Positions 18,139 through 27,745 of a stretch of 64,000 nucleotides of DNA are shown one piece after another. The notes beneath the pieces are model-generated. The model made no database searches and was not told the DNA's origin. It saw only the letters and a list, made by a program, of their open reading frames with translations. Source of the stretch: Candidatus Sumerlaeaceae bacterium (GTDB lineage: Bacteria > Sumerlaeota > Sumerlaeia > Sumerlaeales > Sumerlaeaceae). The number at the start of each line of letters is the position of its first letter. Position 1 is the first letter of the stretch. The translations under genes were made by a program, and so were the position numbers. Location of the stretch: the NCBI GenBank assembly GCA_051003195.1, contig JBPCLP010000008.1, positions 32,001-96,000 of the forward strand, written 5' to 3'.

Positions 18139-20727
18139 TTAACCTGGCGGTTGCGGTTCGGGCCCACGCTTGCCACCGCGAATCCACTCCTGTCGCACCT
18201 GCATGTAGGCGCGTTTTTTGTCCATCTCGGTGATAACCGCCTCGCCCTTTGCGGCGGCGCCTGCGTGAGGCATGAACTTAGCCGCCGCACCGAGTTTTTC
18301 AGGGTCGACTGTAATGGCCGCCGCCGGCGCGACTCCCTGGCCGGTCTGGTATTCGCCCAGCAACTTGGCAACAATGCTTTTTCCGGCGAGGGTGAGGTCC
18401 GGCTTCGCTGCTAATTTCTCGAGACGCTCCTTCAGCGGGCTGCGCTTGGGACCCAGTTTCGCCAGTACCTCGGCGACCTTCACCTTGATCTGGTTCTCGG
18501 CAGTTTCCAGCGCGTTGACGAGATCACGATGCAGATGATCCAGCGAAGCAGGTGCAATCGCGCCGGCGCCCATATCCTGAAGCGCCGTAAGTGCAGCGCT
18601 GGCGATCATGGGGTCGCTGTCCACCAGGTGGGGCAAAATCACACGAATCGCAGGCGTGATCTTACGCTGCCCAAGTGCATTCATGGCCGTAACTTTTTTC
18701 GCGCGTCGTTTCGCGGCCATCAGATAGCTGGCCTCCAGGTCGGCCATGTACGCGAGATCCTGCTCGGTGACCTGCGCGGGTGCAATTTCCGCAGGGGGGG
18801 CCGCCCCGTTGTCTTCCGCGAAACCAGGCGCCATGGTGGCTTTCCCGGCCTGCTTTGACGCGCGCATGTGCGCACGCATCAGGATTTCGGCGGTTTCGGT
18901 GCCGGCGCTGGGCAGCCGGCCCGTCTGGATCTGTTCGAAGATCTCAGCCATGAGCACGTGCGCTTCATCGTTGTCGATCTTATCAAGTGCGTAGACGAGT
19001 GATGCAATTACGCGGTCTTTGCTGAGTTCCTCGCGTGTATCGGTCGCAGTATCGAGCACGGTTTCTTTGAGGTACTCGCTGCGGCGCGTGTCGTCATGCA
19101 GTGCGGTGTTGAGCAGCAACTGGCGAATGACTGGAAGCTGGGAAGGATCCGGGTTCTTGGAAAAAAGCTCGCCGAGTGCAAGGTAGGCGCCGCTGTAGAT
19201 CTTCGCATGCTGCATGGAGACCTGGTTTATAACAGGCATCACGTGCGGAGCGAGCCGGGCGAGAAGATCGATTAAAGGCTGGCGAAATCCGAGTGGTTGT
19301 GAACGTCCAGCGCGCGCAAGCTCAGGACGGTCGATGCTCCATAGCGCAGTTGTTCCAACGTGCGCGGCCCATGTAAGCAGTGCGGGATCCATACCGTCCT
19401 GTTTGCCTGCAAAAAAATTGAGGACTGCGCGAACCGGGAATTCGAGATCGTCCTTGGGAAGAATCTTAATAACCTGTGCGATCAGTTTTCCGCGTGGCTG
19501 TAGTTCGGTTGTATTTCGTGCGGCGCGGCCAAGTGACGAGATGATTGCGAACGCATCGCGACGGGTTTCGCCTTCGGAAAGTTTACCGCGCAGATCCTGC
19601 GCCAGAGCCTGGATCAGCGCGTTTTGTGCAGCCGGATTTCCGATCGAGCCGAGGGCAAAAATCGCCTCGGTACGTGCATCGGCACGGCGCTCGTGCAATG
19701 CATCGGTAATAAACGGCACCGACTGCGCGTTCGCAAGCAGCCCCAGCGCTCCAACGGCATACCGGCCGATTTTGCGCAGCAGATTATTACGCGCGAACTG
19801 CTGATAGGTACTATACGCTGTGAAGTTGCGGCCCAGTTCACCAAAGACGGAAGAAGCCACCGCGCGCGACGTTCGTCCCAATGTCGCATATAGCCGTTGC
19901 TCCACGCCCGCGAGAGCCCCCGCCGCGGAAACTTCCTTGGGAGAAAACTCGACCATGAGCATGGTCGCTTCATTGTACTTGTCGTGGTTGGGACTAAGCA
20001 GACAGCAGCGGAAAATCGCACGCATCGCCCGGTCGAATCCCTGCAGGTCCTCCGGCGTTGGTTCGTGTAAGGCATTGCGAGCGGGAAGCGTGCGGCTAAG
20101 TTCTACAATGGCATCGGTGATCTGGGTTCGTGCAGAGCCCGTGACCGGCCGCTCCCGACGCGCGGCGGCCGCATTGGCGCGTGCAAATTCTTCCTGGGCA
20201 TCGGTGGCGGATATCGGGTCCAACCCGAATTTATGGGGCGATTTGTTGATGCTTCGAATGAGACTTTGAGCGCGGTCACGCTCATGCACAAGTCCGCCCA
20301 GCGCGTTACCAATCTGCCTTGCGCGCTGGGTGCGATGTTCCGGCTCCTCTACGCTTGTAATTAGGGCAATTGCGTGCGTTTCGGCGGCCGGCATGTCATT
20401 ATTCTTAACGCGGTCCACAAGGTCGTTGATCAGTCGTTCGCCGGAGATCTCCTCCAGACGCTGATTCCATGCGAGTGTTGCGTCGATGTCTGGCTGCACC
20501 AGCCCGAAAACCTGCTGTGTAATGGCTGCAGGCAGCTCGGCGGTGAGGGCGTCGTAGAACTGGTGAATGGGCTCAGCCTGCAGGCTTCTGTACAGTCGAG
20601 CAACCATCTCGGCCAGAACCTGTACATCGGCAGCGTTCGCCTCGGGCAGCATGGCAAAGGCAAGCGCGGCCGCAGGGGTGACCTGTCCTGACTCCAGCGC
20701 GTGCTCAATGGGATCGGTGATACTCAT
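18139..20727 (-). CDS. Large alpha-helical HEAT-repeat protein
   Basis: 862 aa, Ala/Leu-rich, with HEAT/PBS-lyase-like units (ARTEAIFALGSIG, LVDSDPMIASAALTAL, KVAEVLAKLG). Confidence 0.75.
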   Translation of the reverse strand: MSITDPIEHALESGQVTPAAALAFAMLPEANAADVQVLAEMVARLYRSLQAEPIHQFYDALTAELPAAITQQVFGLVQPDIDATLAWNQRLEEISGERLINDLVDRVKNNDMPAAETHAIALITSVEEPEHRTQRARQIGNALGGLVHERDRAQSLIRSINKSPHKFGLDPISATDAQEEFARANAAAARRERPVTGSARTQITDAIVELSRTLPARNALHEPTPEDLQGFDRAMRAIFRCCLLSPNHDKYNEATMLMVEFSPKEVSAAGALAGVEQRLYATLGRTSRAVASSVFGELGRNFTAYSTYQQFARNNLLRKIGRYAVGALGLLANAQSVPFITDALHERRADARTEAIFALGSIGNPAAQNALIQALAQDLRGKLSEGETRRDAFAIISSLGRAARNTTELQPRGKLIAQVIKILPKDDLEFPVRAVLNFFAGKQDGMDPALLTWAAHVGTTALWSIDRPELARAGRSQPLGFRQPLIDLLARLAPHVMPVINQVSMQHAKIYSGAYLALGELFSKNPDPSQLPVIRQLLLNTALHDDTRRSEYLKETVLDTATDTREELSKDRVIASLVYALDKIDNDEAHVLMAEIFEQIQTGRLPSAGTETAEILMRAHMRASKQAGKATMAPGFAEDNGAAPPAEIAPAQVTEQDLAYMADLEASYLMAAKRRAKKVTAMNALGQRKITPAIRVILPHLVDSDPMIASAALTALQDMGAGAIAPASLDHLHRDLVNALETAENQIKVKVAEVLAKLGPKRSPLKERLEKLAAKPDLTLAGKSIVAKLLGEYQTGQGVAPAAAITVDPEKLGAAAKFMPHAGAAAKGEAVITEMDKKRAYMQVRQEWIRGGKRGPEPQPPG

Positions 20728-20970
20728 GCCAGTGGGGACAACAGAGGCCGGGAAACCTGTGGATGCAAACGGGAAATTCAGCCCTTACATAGGTGTGAGA
20801 GCGAGACGCGCGGCAAGTTAATGCGGCCCGCCCGCCCGATAAATGAACTTTGTCGGATTTGAGGTGTCTTAGTGGCAGGATAATTGCATGCTAGGTACAG
20901 GATGCACTTCAAATCCAATCAAAAGCCGACCGTAGCCCTGCGCTAACGAGCCGGTTATAAGGAGTATTTC

Positions 20971-21432
20971 ATGCTTAACAGGCACTTATCGCGTTTCGGA
21001 CTGATCATAGGCTGCGGGCTTTTTGCCGGTTCCGCTGCTGCCCAACCCGTGGCCGGAACCCCCGACCTGCAAACGACCAGCATTACATTCAAGACCAAGT
21101 GCAAGGAAACGACCTGCACGATCAAGAATGTAACAACGCTGATTGAGAACATTGGAACGGGCGACGCTGCAAATACATCGCTCGACTATTATCTCTCCGC
21201 GGATAATATTTTGACGACCGAAACGGACACCTTTGTCCATCGTGTATCGCTCGGCAAGGTGAAGGCTGGAAAGACCAAGAAGCGGACACTGGGTGGTGGG
21301 TTGCTGAAACAGCACAACGTAGTATCTGGCCAGTATCTATTTGTTGTGATCGATGCCGACGGCACCCTGGTTGAACTGGACGACACCAACAATACGTTCA
21401 GCTCGCAGATTATTCTCGCTCCTTCAAATTAG
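20971..21432 (+). CDS. Secreted CARDB/Ig-like domain protein
   Basis: AAGGAG RBS, signal peptide, and PDL...IENIGTGDA...YYLSAD...VIDADGTLVELDDTNN. Confidence 0.75.
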   Translation: MLNRHLSRFGLIIGCGLFAGSAAAQPVAGTPDLQTTSITFKTKCKETTCTIKNVTTLIENIGTGDAANTSLDYYLSADNILTTETDTFVHRVSLGKVKAGKTKKRTLGGGLLKQHNVVSGQYLFVVIDADGTLVELDDTNNTFSSQIILAPSN

Positions 21433-22294
21433 AGGTGGAGACCGGTTCCAGGTTTTCCAGCTTATAGACGACCAGGTCACCGGATGTAATACGGCTCTGG
21501 GTCAGCAGGTGGGCAACTTCCTGCAACTGGCCCAGGGCCGTTTCTGGTTTAGAGGGGTCAATGCCGTTCCTGGACGTGACGGTCGCAAAGTGCGTGTGGC
21601 TTTGCACTCCCGAGGTTGCTTTATCATCGGGATTGACGTAGAACACCGCCTGAGTCGCAGAGGTCTCGTCTGCCGCCGAGCGTAGAACTAAACCGAAGAA
21701 AAGCGCATCCACGTCGCGCAATACTGCCTTCGGATGAAAGTAATCTGCACGTTTCGGGCCGAGAATCGGTTCGCCATAGGCCGGGGCTTTACGTATGGCC
21801 GAGGTTTCGAGGGCGGTGAAACGGCCTACGCCGGCCACACCCAGTAGTTTGCCGTGACGCGCCGCCAGCTCCGTAAAGACCTGTTCCATGGTTTGGGTGC
21901 TTTCGGTTAACCGGTAGCGGGCGATGGGCAAAGCCTGAGCATCGACGCCCGCCACGAAGGCTCCCCAGCCGCTTGCGCTTTCTACCCCAGTCGCCGTTCG
22001 CGTGCAATATCCGCATGCAGCATCGAGAGACTTGATAAAGAGCCTGCCGTTTACAATGAGACCTTCACCCTGTCGCGCTGCGTCTGGCTGGAGTGCTCCG
22101 CCGCCCAAAGCGTACAGGAAGGCATTTTCGGGGATCTTCTGAAATCGGGGGCCTGTGCACTCCCCATCCAGTACCGTGGTAACCCGGCCCAGTACGCGCC
22201 CGTGCGCGACTCCATTCAGTACCTCGGTTTGCTCAAGCCCGGCAGAAACAGTACCTCCGAGCGTAACCATTGCAACTGCAGCTAATATCTTCAT
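21410..22294 (-). CDS. Secreted hypothetical protein (CGYC and HTH motifs)
   Basis: Signal peptide MKILAAVAMVTLGGTVSA; long ORF whose 3' end overlaps the convergent CARDB gene by 23 bp. Confidence 0.6.
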   Translation of the reverse strand: MKILAAVAMVTLGGTVSAGLEQTEVLNGVAHGRVLGRVTTVLDGECTGPRFQKIPENAFLYALGGGALQPDAARQGEGLIVNGRLFIKSLDAACGYCTRTATGVESASGWGAFVAGVDAQALPIARYRLTESTQTMEQVFTELAARHGKLLGVAGVGRFTALETSAIRKAPAYGEPILGPKRADYFHPKAVLRDVDALFFGLVLRSAADETSATQAVFYVNPDDKATSGVQSHTHFATVTSRNGIDPSKPETALGQLQEVAHLLTQSRITSGDLVVYKLENLEPVSTSNLKERE

Positions 22295-22385
22295 CAATCC
22301 AACTACTCCGTTCGAATTGCGCGGCATTTTAGTGCGCAAGAATTCTTGCGCAGGGGTTCGTTTTGCGTTCAGATTCAGCGTGGCG

Positions 22386-22394
22386 TGTGGATAA
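22386..22394. promoter_or_regulatory. Perfect DnaA-box sequence in a divergent intergenic region
   Basis: TGTGGATAA is the reverse complement of TTATCCACA. Single copy, so it may be chance. Confidence 0.3.
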
Positions 22395-22424
22395 CCACTT
22401 TTAGATACGCGGGGCAGTCGCTCA

Positions 22425-24920
22425 TTGATCAGGCTTACAGCTCAATGGAATTCTTTTAAAGTGCGAGTATTCCGGCGCTGCGCAGTTGCAGTTCTGCTGT
22501 TCACGACCAGCTTTACACATGCCGCAGATTCGCAGCAGGCAATCGCCGGCTGGCTTTCGGAAGACGCAAGGCCGAGCGTACCCGAGTGGCTAAAGTGGCT
22601 ACTGGTCGGCGGCGCCATTCTGTTCGTTGTACCGACTTCGCTGAACGTTGTCCTTCGGCGCGAGGTTCGACGCAAAACAGCGGAGCTGTCTGAAAAAAAT
22701 GAGAGACTGGAAAAAGAGGGTGCGGAGCGCTCGCGGGCTGAGCAGTCGATGCGAAACAGTGAGCGCCGGCTGCGCCAACAGAACTCGACGCTGGTTGAAC
22801 TGGCAAGAAATGAGGCAACAAACAGCACCGGTACTGATGCGTTGCCCGGGCTTCAGCGGATGCTGGAAGCAACTGCCGAAACTTTGGGCGTCGCGCGCAC
22901 GAGCTTGTGGCTCTTTAATGAATCGCGCACGCAGATCCGGTGTGTGGACCTCTACGAGCTGAAGCCGGCCCGCCACCTCGCGGCTATGGAACTGGCCGCG
23001 ACCGACTTTCCCCGCTATTTCGAAGCCGTGGAGGAAGACCGTATCATGGCCGCGGATGATGCGATCGCGGACCCCAGAACGTCGGAGTTTGCAGAGTCTT
23101 ATCTCAGGCCTCACGGCATCACATCCATGCTGGATGTCCCCGTGAGAGCCGCAGGTCGTGTGATCGGTGTTTTGTGCAATGAGCATTGCGGGGAGATGCG
23201 GGTCTGGCAACTGGATGAGCAGAACTTCTGCAAAGCAGTGGCTGATCTTGCGGCGCTGGCGCTTGAGTCGGCGGAAAAGCAGCGGGCGCAGCAGGAGCTG
23301 CAGATCAGTGAGCGTTACTATCGGTCGCTTATAGAAAACACCTCGGACATGATCATCATCATCGATGCCGATGGAACGATGCGGTATCTCAGCCCATCCT
23401 ATCACAGGATTCTTGGATACCAGCCGGGTGAGAAAATCGGTACCAGCTGTTTCGAACTGATTCACCCCGACGATGTTGCGACGGTGCAGGATATTTTTGG
23501 CCGGCTGGTTGTGTACCCGGGCTCGGTGGAGCGGGCACGATATCGTTATCGCCACGTCGACGGCAGCTGGTGCCACATGGAAGCCTTCGGCAAGAACCTG
23601 CTCAATGACGATGCTGTTTCGGCAATCGTGGCTAACGTTCGGGATGTGACCGAACAGGTGAAGGCCGAAGAAGACCTTGAGCGGGACCGGCAAAGCCTCG
23701 AGGAAACCGTGAAGACCCGCACGTTCCAGGTTTCAAAAACGGTGCAACGGCTTCAGGATGCGAACTTACGGCTGGAAGCTGCCAATCGACACAAGAGTCG
23801 GTTTCTGTCTTCGATGAGCCATGAGTTGCGCACGCCTTTGAATGCGATTCTTGGTTTTGCAGATCTTTTGCGCGGGCAGTTTTTTGGGCCGCTGAACGAC
23901 AAGCAGCTGGCGTATGTGAACCAGCTTGATGCGAGCGGCAAACACCTGCTGGCATTGATCAACGACCTGCTGGACATGGCGAAGATCGATGCCGGCGCAA
24001 TGGACACGACGATGGAGCGTTTCGCGCCACGGGATTGCATCGACGCAACGCTCAGCATGCTAAGTGCAAACTTCCGCAGGAAACAGATCGAATCCACGAG
24101 CGAAATTGATCCCGCGCTTGAGACGCTCACGGGCGATCTTCGGAAATGCAAACAGATCATGCTTAATCTGCTTTCCAATGCGGTGAAGTACACACCTGAA
24201 GGCGGCAGTGTGGCTGTGCGTGCAGGCTACGATACCGATGGAGCCGTGCGGATCAGCGTAAGCGACACCGGCATCGGGATTGATCCAGAGGAATGCGAAA
24301 AGATTTTCTCCGAGTTTCACCAGGCAGACCGCACGCGTGATGAGCAACTTGGCGGCACTGGAATTGGCCTGGCGCTTACACGAAGACTGGTGGAATTGCA
24401 CGGGGGCCGCATAGGTGTGCAAAGCGAGCCTGGCAAGGGAAGCACGTTCTGGTTCACTTTGCCTCAGCAGACCGATAGTTATTCCTGCGCGCTGAGTTTT
24501 GCGCAGGGTGATGGCGACGTCGCATCGTCAAAATCCGCGCTGGGGGACTACCGCATCCTCGTGGCAGAAGACAATGAAGTAAACCTTTCGATGCTTCTGG
24601 ATATGTTAAGCGCCCGCGGGTACAGCGCGATCGTAGCTCGAAATGGTAAGGAGGCAATCGAGCTGGCACAACAGCACGAACCCCATTTGATCCTGATGGA
24701 TATTCGCATGCCCATAATGGATGGAATTGAGGCAACCATGAGGTTGCGAGCCCTGCCAGCCATGGCCGACACTCCCATTGTGGCACTAACAGCAAGTGCA
24801 GGTGCGGACTCCGAAGAGCGCTGCCTTGCAGCGGGGTGTACGGCGCATTTACCAAAACCCATCCAGACGAAGGAACTATTTGGACTTCTCAGACGCTACC
24901 TACTGGAAGCCCCGCTTTGA
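22425..24920 (+). CDS. Hybrid sensor histidine kinase (TM-GAF-PAS-HisKA-HATPase-REC)
   Basis: MSHELRTPLN H-box, NLLSNAVKY, DTGIGI, GGTGIGL, and receiver ILVAEDN...LMDIRMP...PKP. Confidence 0.93.
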   Translation: MIRLTAQWNSFKVRVFRRCAVAVLLFTTSFTHAADSQQAIAGWLSEDARPSVPEWLKWLLVGGAILFVVPTSLNVVLRREVRRKTAELSEKNERLEKEGAERSRAEQSMRNSERRLRQQNSTLVELARNEATNSTGTDALPGLQRMLEATAETLGVARTSLWLFNESRTQIRCVDLYELKPARHLAAMELAATDFPRYFEAVEEDRIMAADDAIADPRTSEFAESYLRPHGITSMLDVPVRAAGRVIGVLCNEHCGEMRVWQLDEQNFCKAVADLAALALESAEKQRAQQELQISERYYRSLIENTSDMIIIIDADGTMRYLSPSYHRILGYQPGEKIGTSCFELIHPDDVATVQDIFGRLVVYPGSVERARYRYRHVDGSWCHMEAFGKNLLNDDAVSAIVANVRDVTEQVKAEEDLERDRQSLEETVKTRTFQVSKTVQRLQDANLRLEAANRHKSRFLSSMSHELRTPLNAILGFADLLRGQFFGPLNDKQLAYVNQLDASGKHLLALINDLLDMAKIDAGAMDTTMERFAPRDCIDATLSMLSANFRRKQIESTSEIDPALETLTGDLRKCKQIMLNLLSNAVKYTPEGGSVAVRAGYDTDGAVRISVSDTGIGIDPEECEKIFSEFHQADRTRDEQLGGTGIGLALTRRLVELHGGRIGVQSEPGKGSTFWFTLPQQTDSYSCALSFAQGDGDVASSKSALGDYRILVAEDNEVNLSMLLDMLSARGYSAIVARNGKEAIELAQQHEPHLILMDIRMPIMDGIEATMRLRALPAMADTPIVALTASAGADSEERCLAAGCTAHLPKPIQTKELFGLLRRYLLEAPL

Positions 24921-26050
24921 TGCTCCCGCGATTCCGAATTCTTATTGTAGATGATGTGGAAGCAAACCGGATGCTGCTTGCCGACAGTATGTTTGCATTG
25001 GGGCACGATCCACAGACTGCGGAGAATGGCCGTGTGGCACTGGAGCAGATGCGTTCCAACCCGCCGGATCTTGTATTGCTGGATATTCTGATGCCGGTGA
25101 TGGACGGCTACACGACGCTCCAGCATATCCGGGCTGACGAAAAGCTGCGGCATTTGCCGGTGGTTGTGATCTCCGCGGTGGACGAACTGGAGACGGTGGT
25201 GAGGTGCATCGCGGCAGGCGCAGACGATTACCTCGTGAAACCGTTCAATGCTACGCTGCTGAAAGCACGGATCAGCGCCAGCCTGGACCGCAAGCGCCTG
25301 CACGATGAAGAAGCCGCCGCGCGGCGCGAACTCGAAGAGGCAAACGCGCTGAAGGACAAGTTTCTGCAGATCGCAAACCATGATATCCGAAATCCATTAA
25401 CCGTGCTCAACGCGTGCCTGTACTCTCTACGCAAGGAATCGGCCGGTGATGGCGATGCGCGACTCATGGAAATGATTGCGACGATGGAACGCGCCGCAAG
25501 CCGCATTGGCAACATCGTAAATGACTTCCTCGACTTTCGCGAAATAAGCGAGGGCCGCTGCAAACTGGAGCTGGGCTCAGTTGATCTGAATGAGCTGGTG
25601 GGTGCCATCGTGGAAGAAAGCCAGCAGTACGCCGCACGCAAAAACATCGGGCTGCAGTTTGACCCGATGGCAGAACTGCCCGAGTGTCACGCCGACTATA
25701 ATCGCACGGTGCAAATCACGGCAAATTACGTCAGCAACGCCATTAAATTTACGCCGCATGGAGAAAGCGTGGCCGTGCGGACGCTGCAAAAGGACGGTAA
25801 AGTACGAACCGAGGTGCAGGACTCAGGGCCGGGTGTTTCAGTCGAAGAGCGTTCGAGGCTGTTCCAGGAATTTGCGCGTTTATCGAATCGCCCAACGGGA
25901 GATGAGAAGAGTACCGGCCTTGGACTTTCCATCGTAAAGCAACTCGCCGAAATGCAGGGTGGAAGCGTCGGTGCAGAGTTCCCGCCCCACGGTGGGTCGA
26001 TATTCTGGTTTGAATTGCCGACGGCTGGGCCTGCGACGCCCCGCCTGTGA
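24920..26050 (+). CDS. Hybrid response regulator-histidine kinase (REC-HisKA-HATPase)
   Basis: ILIVDD, LLDILMP, DYLVKPF, NHDIRNPL, SNAIKF and TGLGL motifs; TGATG overlap with the upstream gene. Confidence 0.92.
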   Translation: MLPRFRILIVDDVEANRMLLADSMFALGHDPQTAENGRVALEQMRSNPPDLVLLDILMPVMDGYTTLQHIRADEKLRHLPVVVISAVDELETVVRCIAAGADDYLVKPFNATLLKARISASLDRKRLHDEEAAARRELEEANALKDKFLQIANHDIRNPLTVLNACLYSLRKESAGDGDARLMEMIATMERAASRIGNIVNDFLDFREISEGRCKLELGSVDLNELVGAIVEESQQYAARKNIGLQFDPMAELPECHADYNRTVQITANYVSNAIKFTPHGESVAVRTLQKDGKVRTEVQDSGPGVSVEERSRLFQEFARLSNRPTGDEKSTGLGLSIVKQLAEMQGGSVGAEFPPHGGSIFWFELPTAGPATPRL

Positions 26051-26107
26051 GTAGCAATCGGCTTCAGCCTCGCCGATCTTCATAGTAATCTGGTTCTCAG
26101 TAAAACG

Positions 26108-27565
26108 CTACCGCTTCTTCTGGCGTTCTTTCTTCGCCAGCCGCTGGCGCATCTTTTTCTCGTAGGCTTTTCGGTTCTGGCGGCGCGCGCGCTCCGCTGC
26201 GCTGATGTTCGTCGCTGTCATGCTGCTTTTCATCCCGGTGCCATCGGGCCCGGCTCCCGCGGCGGTCATTTTGTCCTGCATCTGGAACAGGCCCTTCATC
26301 ATCTGTCGCGTCGTCTCGAATTGCTGCACCAGGTTGTTTACGTCCTGGGGAGTGGTGCCGCTGCCCTTGGCAATTCGTGCCTTGCGCGAGCCGTTCAGCA
26401 CTGACGGCTCCTCGCGTTCGCGAATTGTCATGCTTTGTATAATTGCCTCGATCTTCTTCATCTCGTCTTCGGGAAGATCGATGTCTTTCAATGCGCTGCC
26501 AACACCGGGGAGCATCGCGAGCAGGTTTTTTAGAGGGCCCATTTTTTTGACCTGTTGCATCTGCGTAAGAAAGTCCTGCAGGGTGAAGCTGGCCTTGCGC
26601 ATCTTGCGCTGCATATCCTCGGCCTGCTTCTCGTCGAAGTGCTCCTGGGCCTTTTCGACGAGGGACAACACATCACCCATGCCAAGGATGCGACCGGCCA
26701 TGCGGTCCGGAAAGAATTCCTGCAAGTCGTCCAGCTTCTCACCCGTTCCGATGAACTTAACAGGACGTCCTGTAATCGACTTAATCGAGAGCGCGGCGCC
26801 ACCACGTGCATCGCCGTCCATTTTCGTCAGGCAAACCCCATCAATGCCGACCTTGTCATTGAAGGTGGAGGCGCTGACTACCGCGTCCTGGCCTGTCATT
26901 GCATCGGCTACCAGGAACGTGTACGTTGGCTTTGTCAGTCGCTTGATATCGAGAAGCTCGTCCATTAACACATCGTTGATGTGCAGGCGACCGGCGGTAT
27001 CGATGATAACGAGGTCGCGACCGTCTGCCTGCGCCTTCTCGACTCCTCGTTTCGCGATATCGGGGGCCGGCTTGTCGGTGCCTTCGCTGTATACGGGAAC
27101 GCCGGCATTTTCTCCGACAACGTGCAACTGGGTGACTGCGGCTGGGCGATAGATATCGCACGCGACCAGCATCGGCTTCCAGCCTTCTTTGGCATAGCGC
27201 TTCGCGAGTTTGCCGCAGAAAGTCGTTTTCCCACTGCCCTGCAAGCCTAACATCAGCACGACATTGGTGCGGCCTTTCTGCAACTGGAAGGGCACCACTT
27301 CGCCGCCGAGAAACTCGACAAGTTCATCGTGGACAATTTGAACCATCTGCTGCGCGGGTGAGACCGAGAGCAATACCTGCTCGCCGACGGCCTTTTCCTG
27401 GACTCGCGCAACGAAGTCCTTCACCACCTTAAAGTTAACGTCGGCCTCGAGCAGCGCCATCTTCACGTCGCGCATTACATCTTTGATGTTGCTCTCGTTG
27501 ATCTGCCCCTGGCCGCGCAGGTTCTTGAATACACCCTCCAGCCGATCGCTCAGGTTTTCAAACAT
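26108..27565 (-). CDS. ffh: Signal recognition particle protein
   Basis: GLQGSGKTT, DTAGR, TKMDGDARGG and a Met-rich M domain (SRKARIAKGSG). Confidence 0.98.
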   Translation of the reverse strand: MFENLSDRLEGVFKNLRGQGQINESNIKDVMRDVKMALLEADVNFKVVKDFVARVQEKAVGEQVLLSVSPAQQMVQIVHDELVEFLGGEVVPFQLQKGRTNVVLMLGLQGSGKTTFCGKLAKRYAKEGWKPMLVACDIYRPAAVTQLHVVGENAGVPVYSEGTDKPAPDIAKRGVEKAQADGRDLVIIDTAGRLHINDVLMDELLDIKRLTKPTYTFLVADAMTGQDAVVSASTFNDKVGIDGVCLTKMDGDARGGAALSIKSITGRPVKFIGTGEKLDDLQEFFPDRMAGRILGMGDVLSLVEKAQEHFDEKQAEDMQRKMRKASFTLQDFLTQMQQVKKMGPLKNLLAMLPGVGSALKDIDLPEDEMKKIEAIIQSMTIREREEPSVLNGSRKARIAKGSGTTPQDVNNLVQQFETTRQMMKGLFQMQDKMTAAGAGPDGTGMKSSMTATNISAAERARRQNRKAYEKKMRQRLAKKERQKKR

Positions 27566-27745
27566 TAGCTCTGTATCGTCTTCCTGTATTGCCTGGTCCC
27601 AGGCTCAGTACACTGCCCGTACGTCTACCAATTGGCATCAAGTTCGTATTCGCTGCGGCGATCAACCCCTCGCCAGCAAATATTGCGCAAGTATGTAAAA
27701 ATCTCTTTTGACGTGGCCCTGCCGGATTCCGCAACTGGATGCCTC

